DNA from: an uncultured Desulfurococcaceae archaeon | GTDB lineage: Archaea; Thermoproteota; Thermoprotei_A; Sulfolobales; NBVN01 | Direction: 5' to 3' | DNA: 64,000 bases | Assembly: GCA_964641155.1 (NCBI GenBank) | Contig: CAZXJO010000001.1 | Location: forward strand, 149,144-213,143 | In this document: positions 56,938-64,000 of the stretch, in pieces | Layout of the letters: every line of letters starts with the position of its first letter | Position numbering within the stretch: position 1 is the stretch's first letter | The notes under the pieces: model-generated | Seen by the model: the letters and a program-made list of their open reading frames with translations, nothing else | Databases searched by the model: none | What the model was told of the DNA's origin: nothing | Translations under genes and position numbers: made by a program

Positions 56938-57639
56938 ATGTCTTTAAAGCCCCCCATCATCGTAGTCAACTATAAGGTATATAACACGTCATTCGGGGCT
57001 GCAGCTCTATCGATAGCTAAGGTAGCTGAGGAGGTTGCTGAGGAGGTGGGGGTGGCCGTAGTGGTGGCGCCGCCATTCACGGAACTGAAGACCTTAGCCA
57101 CAAGCACCAAGGTGCCCATCTTCGCACAGCATGTGGACCCTGTAGACCCCGGCCCCTACACGGGGCACATACCTGCCGAGGCCGTCAAGGAGGCCGGTGC
57201 GAAGGGGTTCATAGCGAACCACAGTGAGAGGAGGTTAAGGATCGATGAGATAGCGAAACTTGTAAAGAAGGCGAGAGATTTGGACTTGAAAACACTCGTA
57301 TGTGCTGACGTACCTGAGGTAGCTGCAGCTGTTTCGTTACTGAATCCTGACATGATAGCCATAGAACCGCCGGAGCTTATAGGAACGAGTATGGCTGTGT
57401 CGAAGGTAAAGCCTGAGGTAATACGCAATACCGTGCTGAAGGTGCGTGAGGTTAATAAGGATGTCGTGATATTGACTGGGGCCGGAATATCATCAGCTGA
57501 AGACGTAGCTAAGGCTGTGGAGTTAGGGACTTCAGGCGTCCTAGTATCATCAGCCATTATGAAGGCCAAAGAACCTAAGAAAGCCATATACGAGATGGCC
57601 AAGGCAGCACTAGAGGCGACATATAGGTCAAGTATGTGA
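56938..57639 (+). CDS. tpiA: triosephosphate isomerase (archaeal short form)
   Basis: IVVNYKVY, ANHSERR, IAIEPPELIG, ILTGAGIS. Confidence 0.9.
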   Translation: MSLKPPIIVVNYKVYNTSFGAAALSIAKVAEEVAEEVGVAVVVAPPFTELKTLATSTKVPIFAQHVDPVDPGPYTGHIPAEAVKEAGAKGFIANHSERRLRIDEIAKLVKKARDLDLKTLVCADVPEVAAAVSLLNPDMIAIEPPELIGTSMAVSKVKPEVIRNTVLKVREVNKDVVILTGAGISSAEDVAKAVELGTSGVLVSSAIMKAKEPKKAIYEMAKAALEATYRSSM

Positions 57640-57682
57640 ACCCGTCATAAAGCCCTAACCCAAAGACCGCTCTGATCTAGCA

Positions 57683-57850
57683 TTGTTTTCACTTCTTCCA
57701 TCCCCATTTCATGGGAAGCCCACCATGAACTGGTGAAGGTGCACATCTCTACTAATACTCACCCGACACACCCATACGCGTTCGGGATTAGCTCCCCGGT
57801 TGGCGGAGCCTGCTTGGAGGGTTTATTAGGACATAATCAGACATTACCCT
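57683..57850 (-). repeat. Copy D (diverged) of the 4-member intergenic element
   Basis: TTGTTTTCACTTCTTCCATCCCCATTTCATGGGAAGCCCACCATGAACTGGTG aligns to the proximal block of copies A-C. CACCCGACA..CGTTCGGGATTAGCTCCCC aligns to the CCCGAA/TTCGGG hairpin of copy B. Confidence 0.45.
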
Positions 57851-57975
57851 GCAAACTTCCTACTTCGCAAGACAGGTCCTACCTCCTCACAATCTCAGTC
57901 TAACTCCGAAGCTCTAACACACATGTGATTAAACTGTCCCAAGGCTCATTAGAAAGTAGGGGGATGAGAATGGAA

Positions 57976-57985
57976 GAAATAAATT
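57976..57985 (+). promoter_or_regulatory. TATA box for tRNA-Arg
   Basis: GAAATAAATT ends 22 nt before the tRNA 5' end. Confidence 0.5.
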
Positions 57986-58006
57986 GATGGTTGAGTAGGG
58001 AAAGTC

Positions 58007-58081
58007 GGGCCCGTGGCTCAGCCAGGACGGAGCGCCGGCCTTCGGAGCCGGAGGTCCCGGGTTCAAATCCCGGCGGGCCCG
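58007..58081 (+). tRNA. tRNA-Arg (anticodon UCG), no intron, CCA not encoded
   Basis: Hand-folded: acceptor GGGCCCG/CGGGCCC, anticodon arm CCGGC-CTTCGGA-GCCGG, T arm CCGGG-TTCAAAT-CCCGG, discriminator G. Confidence 0.93.
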
Positions 58082-58827
58082 CCTAACGCTTCATGGTGAT
58101 TCCCTCAACACAGTTCTTCAACTTATATGCGAGGCCGCTAATGGTAAGCCGGTTAGCAGGGTCGCTCGTTGGCCTGAGTTCATTGGCCTCATGAATACAC
58201 CACAGCTTCATGTTGAGTTCTCCGCCACTTAAGCCTCCTTCGGTAAGAACGTATCTGATTTCCATCAAATGGGAATCACTTCAAAACTCATTCCTTTTCG
58301 ATATTAATTACTCTTAGGCATACCGCCTAGACGTCTAAAGCTTGAATAGAGCCCAGAATCGGGTAGGGTGGGAGCTCAGGCATTTAGCGCAAGATTTCTT
58401 CATGAACGAAGAAACAGTCAGCGTACTGCCGACACAACTCTTGCAGTCGGATTCAGACTTCAGAAAGATAAACACCAAAGCAATCACACCTCAAATGTTG
58501 AAGGAGTCGAGAGCGAGGGGTTCCAGCTTCAACCTTGGGAACCTTAATTAATCGAACCTCCGCACAGTTCTCTAACACCCCTAACCTATTTATCCCCCTT
58601 CCCCATCACATAGCCAATCATCAGGGGAAGGCAACCCCAATTATCTGAGCCCTGAGCAACAGGGCGTTGACAGGAGAAAGTCAGTAAATCATCACCAGTA
58701 AGTGAACGTGGAGAACCACAGATCCGCTTGCACTGACCGAAAAACACCAAGCCAAATGTCAGAAATCGCAAACCTAATAACTCCATAAAGATTTCGACGC
58801 ACTAATAACGGACCTATAGATGAAGGG

Positions 58828-59118
58828 ATGTATACGTGGGACATATATGCTGCTGCGGGATTAAACAACCTCAGTAAAGGGATTAAGGTTGGAAATGTAA
58901 GTATAAACTACACCGGCGGTACTCTCGCTTGGGAGATAACTTTGGGGAGCCCCTACATGCTTCAAGATGGTGAACATAAGGGGCGAACGACGGTGCAAAC
59001 AGTAGCTCCAGGGCAGTATCCATATAGGGGCAGCGTAGGCAGTGTTTCAGGACTTTCAGACAGAGTATACGTGATCGTATACGCTGTCGTAGGTATACCG
59101 TGTGAGCCGACGTCTTAA
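58828..59118 (+). CDS. hypothetical small protein (orphan)
   Basis: 96-aa ORF in the tRNA-Arg-adjacent island, followed by a very AT-rich spacer. No motif recognised. Confidence 0.3.
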   Translation: MYTWDIYAAAGLNNLSKGIKVGNVSINYTGGTLAWEITLGSPYMLQDGEHKGRTTVQTVAPGQYPYRGSVGSVSGLSDRVYVIVYAVVGIPCEPTS

Positions 59119-59237
59119 ATGATTCGAGTGAATGAAATAAAAAATAAAATATTTTAGAAATTCATTATCCATAGCTTATTCGATTATACGGTGCCATGCA
59201 CATTACTTAATTGTCATAATATTTCTCTGATACCGCC

Positions 59238-60665
59238 CTACGTGTAGATGGTTTTCATTATTTTAACTAGTTTTAAATATTTCTCTAAGCAATGACTGTA
59301 CGTTACGCAGTCCGCAGCGCTTGGGTGTATGTGGGTGAGTTGGTCGTAAGTAATCTTCCTTATTTCTTCTAAGCTTTTTACGTGTCCGAGCGCTTTCATA
59401 GCAATGTTTGATGCCCCTATGACTACGGCATCACGTGGGCTTGCGTGTATGACTATGGGCTTACATAACGCTTTGGAGAACACTTCGACTAAGTCTTCGT
59501 TACTACACCCTCCTCCAGCACAGTAAACTCTCTCTACGTTAACCCCGTTTTCCTCCATTGCTGCAAGGATCGCCCTAACGGTAAGCGCCATACCCTCCAT
59601 AACAGCGCGTACGAGTTCACCTCGTCCATGCTCTAGCCGAAGTCCGAGTAATGTTAGAGCTAGGTTGGGGTCTCTGAAGGGGTATCTCTCGCCAGCGAGG
59701 AATGGGAGCGCGTAAATACCCTCCTTACACATGATATTCTTAACTGCTGAGACAGTGCCTCCCTCCAAAACTTTCCTGAGCCACTCCACTACCACCATAC
59801 CGTTGTTTGATGCACCACCAATCGCACTATATCCGTCGGCGGCGTAATACGCGAAAAATCTAGCGTCGGGACTCCTATCAATTACCACCTCAGGAAGTAG
59901 TGTCCTTAGGACAGCTGTAGAGCCTAAGTTCAGAACGGCGTCTGACCCGAATACGCCGTAGCCGATGTTCTGAAGTGCTCCGTCGAAGGATCCGAGCACT
60001 AACGCCACCTTATCGTTAATTCCGGCTTCATTTAATCTGATGTAGTCGTACACCTTAGCTCCTTCATAGAGCTCTGGAAGCATTCCCTCATCAACATGGG
60101 ATAACTCCAACGTGAGGGTATCCCACTTCAGAGTGTGGATGTTTAGAAAGCCTGTGCCCGATGCCACCCCGTAGTCGACTACGTGGCGTCCCACTAACTT
60201 GTAGGATAAATAGTCCTTAACGAAGCACAGCCTTAGGTTCCGCATCAGTTCCCCCTTACTCCTTAACCACAGCGCCTTACATAGCGGGGATACGAAAATC
60301 GGTGGACAACCGGTCCTTCTGTAGAGCTCCCCTCCGAATCCTTCTAAGAGTTCCTGCGCCTTCGCCGAACGCCTGTCTAAGTGAGTCATGACGTTGGCAA
60401 CTACTTCGAAGTTTTGGTCGAGCAGTGCTAGACCGTGAAGGTATGTACTGAGTGATATTGCCTCAACCTTACCTTCATACCCCTTAACCACTTCCCGGAT
60501 TCCCCGCAGCGTCAACTCCCACAACATTCTTAGATCGTGTTCGGCAGCTGGTGGAGGCTCCGTAATTAGGGGGACATTCAATACGTAGCTCCTCAGAACC
60601 TTGAAGTCGTAACTGACCAAGCCTACCTTAATGCTCGAAGTTCCCACATCAACTGATACAATCAT
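59238..60665 (-). CDS. FGGY-family carbohydrate kinase (xylulokinase/gluconokinase-like)
   Basis: N-terminal VSVDVGTSSIKVGLV, the ASKHA fold motif, and C-terminal CAGGGCSNEDLVEVFSKALCKPI. Confidence 0.8.
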   Translation of the reverse strand: MIVSVDVGTSSIKVGLVSYDFKVLRSYVLNVPLITEPPPAAEHDLRMLWELTLRGIREVVKGYEGKVEAISLSTYLHGLALLDQNFEVVANVMTHLDRRSAKAQELLEGFGGELYRRTGCPPIFVSPLCKALWLRSKGELMRNLRLCFVKDYLSYKLVGRHVVDYGVASGTGFLNIHTLKWDTLTLELSHVDEGMLPELYEGAKVYDYIRLNEAGINDKVALVLGSFDGALQNIGYGVFGSDAVLNLGSTAVLRTLLPEVVIDRSPDARFFAYYAADGYSAIGGASNNGMVVVEWLRKVLEGGTVSAVKNIMCKEGIYALPFLAGERYPFRDPNLALTLLGLRLEHGRGELVRAVMEGMALTVRAILAAMEENGVNVERVYCAGGGCSNEDLVEVFSKALCKPIVIHASPRDAVVIGASNIAMKALGHVKSLEEIRKITYDQLTHIHPSAADCVTYSHCLEKYLKLVKIMKTIYT

Positions 60666-60879
60666 CTTTAATTCCGATATCTACTTAGACTTAAAGAAAT
60701 TTAACCTTGACCTCAAACCACCCTCCCGCTTTGGTGTAGGTACGTATGTTTATGTGGGGAGGGATGTGAGACGTCATCCCCTTGGTTAATGGTTATCGGT
60801 CATCAACCTATGAAAAGCTTTTTAAGTTGCTGGCTAAAGAGTTCTTAGGACACTCACGGGTAGTGTGAGCTGACCTATA

Positions 60880-61395
60880 GTGAAGATACCGTTAGACCAG
60901 ATATGTGTTAAGTCTGGTGTCCTCTGCCCACGATGTCAGGGGTTAGTCGATAGTAGAGTTGTCGAGCCCTACGAAATTGAGGTTATGAATGCCTTACTTG
61001 AGTTGGAGAACAACACCGAGTTCAAATTCCTTAAGGAAGCAACCTACTACAAGGCTGTCAGGTCTGATGGTTTTATGGTACTCCTGATCGAGTTACCGGA
61101 CTCATACACAACCCCACGGCTCATTAGTAAGCTGGACAAACAATTGTCTGAGATCTTAGGCGTTAAAGTACGTGTAATAGACAAATCCTCAAACAACATT
61201 AAACATATAGCACTCCAACTAATTATGCCTGCTAGGGTTTCAGGAATAAACACCTTATGGCTTCCCGACGGGTCCACGCAGTACATAGTCAGGATCCCTA
61301 AGTCTGATAGCAGGTACTTACCGGCAAGTAAGGAGGTCATTGAGGAGGTCCTCACCAATTTAATAGGGAACAGCGTTAGGATCAGGACTGAGTGA
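60880..61395 (+). CDS. hypothetical protein with N-terminal CxxC ribbon and KH-like C-half (tentative)
   Basis: 171 aa with CVKSGVLCPRCQ and a NusA-KH-like segment LIMPARVSGINTLW. GTG start. Confidence 0.35.
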   Translation: MKIPLDQICVKSGVLCPRCQGLVDSRVVEPYEIEVMNALLELENNTEFKFLKEATYYKAVRSDGFMVLLIELPDSYTTPRLISKLDKQLSEILGVKVRVIDKSSNNIKHIALQLIMPARVSGINTLWLPDGSTQYIVRIPKSDSRYLPASKEVIEEVLTNLIGNSVRIRTE

Positions 61396-61406
61396 AGTGA
61401 TCTGGT

Positions 61407-62708
61407 ATGAGCCCATTCAGAACCCACCTATCTAGTGATATCAATAAATCGCTGGTTGGCTCTGAAGTGGTTGTTGCCGGCTGGGTTCACAATAAAAGAG
61501 ACCTGGGAGGTAAGAAATTCCTCATAATTAGGGATAAGGACGGGTACCTGCAAGTAGTTATAAGCAGGTCCGACCCTGAAGACCTGGTAAAGAAGTTCTA
61601 CGAACTAACGCCTGAGTCCGTCGTCAGCGTTGAAGGTGTTGTGAGGGCTGATGAGAGGGCTCCAGGAGGTTTTGAGATAGTACCGCGTTCAATCGTAGTT
61701 CACAGCATAGCTAAGGCACCACTACCGCTGGACGTTACAGGTAAGGTGAGGGCTGACATAGATACAAGACTCCGTGAGAGGGTGCTTGATCTAAGGAGGG
61801 ATGAGAGTAGGGCAATATTTAAAATAATCTCAGTAACCCTTAAGTCTATAAGGGAGGAACTCTACAACAACGGCTTCGTAGAGGTTAACACGCCTAAGAT
61901 AATTGCCACCGCAACTGAGGGAGGTGCGGCCCTATTCCCGGTCATTTACTTCGGTAAGGAAGCCTTCCTAGCTCAGAGTCCACAGCTATATAAGGAATTA
62001 CTAGCAGGTGCTTTCGAAAGGGTTTTCGAAATAGCCCACGCGTGGAGGGCTGAGGAATCAGACACCCCCTACCACCTATCCGAATTCATAAGCGTTGATA
62101 TTGAGATGGCGTTCGCGAACTATGAGGACGTAATGGGGATTTTAGAGAAGGTGATTTACAGGGTTATCAAGAACGTTGGTGAGGAGTGCCTCAAAGAACT
62201 TAAGATACTTAACCATGAGTTACCGCAAGTGAGGATCCCCTTAAAGAGGTTCAAATACGTGGACGTTGTGGAGTCACTCAAAGGCTTGGGTTCGAATGTC
62301 AGCAGAGGTGATGACATAACAGCCTCAGACCTCAGGACGTTCTCCAGAGAAGTTGGTGAGGAACTATACTTCATAGTTGATTGGCCTTCAAATACGAGGC
62401 CGTTTTATACAAAGTTACGTGACGACGACCCCGAGTATACGGAATCCTTCGACTTCATATACAACTTCCTGGAGGTTGCCTCAGGCAGCTCAAGAATACA
62501 TAGGAAGGAAGTCCTCATCACCAGGCTGAGGGAGAAAGGGTTAAACCCCGAGAGCTTCAACTACTTCCTGAAATGGTTTGATTACGGAATGCCTCCCCAT
62601 GCTGGGTGGGGCATGGGCCTGAACAGGTTGGCATTGATGGTCACCGGAAAGAACAACGTCAGGGAGGTAACCCTATTCCCACGCGATAAGAAGAGGTTGG
62701 AACCCTAA
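61407..62708 (+). CDS. aspS: aspartyl-tRNA synthetase (archaeal type)
   Basis: OB-fold N-domain ([22 protein letters not shown]) and class II motifs [25 protein letters not shown], and [15 protein letters not shown]. Confidence 0.95.
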   Translation: MSPFRTHLSSDINKSLVGSEVVVAGWVHNKRDLGGKKFLIIRDKDGYLQVVISRSDPEDLVKKFYELTPESVVSVEGVVRADERAPGGFEIVPRSIVVHSIAKAPLPLDVTGKVRADIDTRLRERVLDLRRDESRAIFKIISVTLKSIREELYNNGFVEVNTPKIIATATEGGAALFPVIYFGKEAFLAQSPQLYKELLAGAFERVFEIAHAWRAEESDTPYHLSEFISVDIEMAFANYEDVMGILEKVIYRVIKNVGEECLKELKILNHELPQVRIPLKRFKYVDVVESLKGLGSNVSRGDDITASDLRTFSREVGEELYFIVDWPSNTRPFYTKLRDDDPEYTESFDFIYNFLEVASGSSRIHRKEVLITRLREKGLNPESFNYFLKWFDYGMPPHAGWGMGLNRLALMVTGKNNVREVTLFPRDKKRLEP

Positions 62709-62760
62709 TCACCGGAGTTACTTGCGATACATATTTAAACAGACCTCGTAACTAGCTTAT

Positions 62761-63081
62761 TTGATGACACGTAAGAAACTAGTGTTCAAGAGCAAATATT
62801 TGAAGGACATACTCTTCGGGAAGAAGGTCACGACGATAAGGCTTAGAAGTAACGTCAATGTAGGTGATGTCGTTGAGATAATAGCAGGTAACTTGAGGGT
62901 CGGGACAGCTGTGGTGGAGACCATTAGGACCAAGAGATTGGATGAGCTGACGGATCATGACGCTTTATACGACGGATATAGCAACAGGGAAGAACTAATC
63001 AAGGACCTGATTAAGATATACGGCAACAGGGTTAGAGGTAACGTCGAAGTTAAGATAATTCGCTTCAGGTTGCTTACGTAG
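62761..63081 (+). CDS. ASCH (PUA-like) domain protein
   Basis: 106 aa. [19 protein letters not shown]....GDVVEI and ...[14 protein letters not shown] are typical of small ASCH proteins. Confidence 0.55.
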   Translation: MMTRKKLVFKSKYLKDILFGKKVTTIRLRSNVNVGDVVEIIAGNLRVGTAVVETIRTKRLDELTDHDALYDGYSNREELIKDLIKIYGNRVRGNVEVKIIRFRLLT

Positions 63082-63173
63082 AGCCTATCAGCCACAGCGT
63101 TTTTAAAGCCCACGGGGCTTACAGTATATATGCTTTCTTAATGTTTATTTTAATAGTGGTGTGGTGTGTGAGC

Positions 63174-64000
63174 GTGTCTGAAGATCGTGAGAGGAGATAC
63201 CAAGACCTCCTTGATTACGTGAGGTACTTAGAGCAGAGGAATCAGGAGATGGAGGCTGAGATCTCCCTCTTAAGGAGGGAGATTAAGTACTACAAGCAGG
63301 AAATAGATAAGCTTATGGCGCCCCCGCTAATTGAGGGCATACTCCTAGAGGTGTTGGAGGGTGATAAGGCCGTCGTTAAGAGCACCACAGGCCCTAACTT
63401 AATAGTGAGTATCAGCGGTGGCGTCGATAGGGGGAAGTTACTTCCAGGCACCTATGTGGCATTGAATCAAAGAGGTTCAGCCATAGTTGATGTCCTCCCC
63501 AATAGAGAAGACCCGACCGTTAGAGCCATGGAGGTCATCGAAAGACCTAAAACTAGGTATGAGGACGTAGGGGGTCTGAGCAGACAAATACAGGAACTGA
63601 GGGAGGTTATCGAACTGCCCTTGAAGTACCCCCACATCATAAGGGAGCTGGGTATAGAGCCTCCTAAAGGAGTGCTGCTTTATGGGCCCCCCGGCTGCGG
63701 TAAGACGTTATTGGCTAAGGCAGTGGCTGGGGAATCAGAAGCGACTTTCATAAGATTGGTGGCTTCAGAATTAGCTCAGAAGTTCGTCGGGGAGGGGGCC
63801 CGGATGGTGAGGGAGTTGTTCGCCCTAGCTAGGCGCAAGGCACCCTCAATAGTTCTAATAGATGAGATCGATGCTATAGCTGCTAAAAGACTTGACATAG
63901 GCACCAGCGGGGAGAGGGAAATACACAGAACCTTAACGCAATTACTTGCTGAGTTAGACGGCTTCGACCCACTAGATAACGTTAAAGTCATAGCAACGAC
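63174..64000 (+). CDS. pan: proteasome-activating nucleotidase PAN (3' end beyond window)
   Basis: Frame open to the window end. Coiled coil [29 protein letters not shown], an OB domain, Walker [16 protein letters not shown], and Walker [12 protein letters not shown]. Start ambiguous among the GTGs at 63156-63174. Not in the ORF track because no stop lies in the window. Confidence 0.9.
   Translation, partial: MSEDRERRYQDLLDYVRYLEQRNQEMEAEISLLRREIKYYKQEIDKLMAPPLIEGILLEVLEGDKAVVKSTTGPNLIVSISGGVDRGKLLPGTYVALNQRGSAIVDVLPNREDPTVRAMEVIERPKTRYEDVGGLSRQIQELREVIELPLKYPHIIRELGIEPPKGVLLYGPPGCGKTLLAKAVAGESEATFIRLVASELAQKFVGEGARMVRELFALARRKAPSIVLIDEIDAIAAKRLDIGTSGEREIHRTLTQLLAELDGFDPLDNVKVIAT

Noticed and set aside
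58007-58268. SSV-type integrase partition at tRNA-Arg (minus-strand ORF 58083-58268 ending exactly at the tRNA 3' end)
   Set aside because: The ORF stops before entering the tRNA. I found no second copy of the tRNA 3' half (attR) in the window, and the 61-aa product has no recognisable integrase motif. I kept it only as a weak 'eroded island' finding.

Overview
The window looks like a 64-kb chromosomal segment of a crenarchaeon, with the gene set and style of Thermoproteales (Caldivirga/Vulcanisaeta-like). This lineage call is inferred from gene content, not from a search. Coding density is high and almost all genes are housekeeping.

Identified genes by function:
- Replication and repair: Gins23-MCM (MCM carries a 457-aa intein) and FEN-1.
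- Transcription: TFB, a TFE-beta-like protein, Rpo8 and Alba.
- Translation and RNA modification: Nop10, Gar1, fibrillarin, KsgA, Trm1, a Trm5-like protein, Trm112, archaeosine TGT, aEF-1beta, LeuRS, AspRS and a Dph6-like protein.
- Proteostasis: CDC48 and PAN.
- Central metabolism: SHMT, OTCase, enolase, FBP aldolase/phosphatase, TIM, HPS and a PGM/PMM-family mutase.
- Energy: A-type ATPase subunits H and I.
- RNA genes: two intron-less tRNAs, Ala-UGC and Arg-UCG.

I saw no CRISPR array, rRNA gene or intact IS element.

Features the gene list does not explain:
1. A four-copy family of roughly 170-290 nt intergenic elements that appear structured. Two intact copies carry a BRE/TATA-like box and sit directly upstream of genes. 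Two copies are decayed.
2. Two candidate C/D-box sRNAs, each with its own TATA box. One lies in a ~650-nt ORF-free region.
3. Two genes (aEF-1beta and the Dph6-like PP-loop ATPase) whose conserved N-termini lie upstream of any in-frame ATG, GTG or TTG. Each has a GAGGTG Shine-Dalgarno-like motif and an AUU or AUA codon at the expected start.
4. A perfect 96-nt direct repeat inside cdc48, covering the D1 and D2 Walker A regions.
5. A FlaI/FlaJ-type secretion pair transcribed divergently from a 1180-aa repeat-rich surface protein. The only pilin-like genes are about 12 kb away.
6. A ~1.1-kb island of orphan ORFs next to tRNA-Arg.
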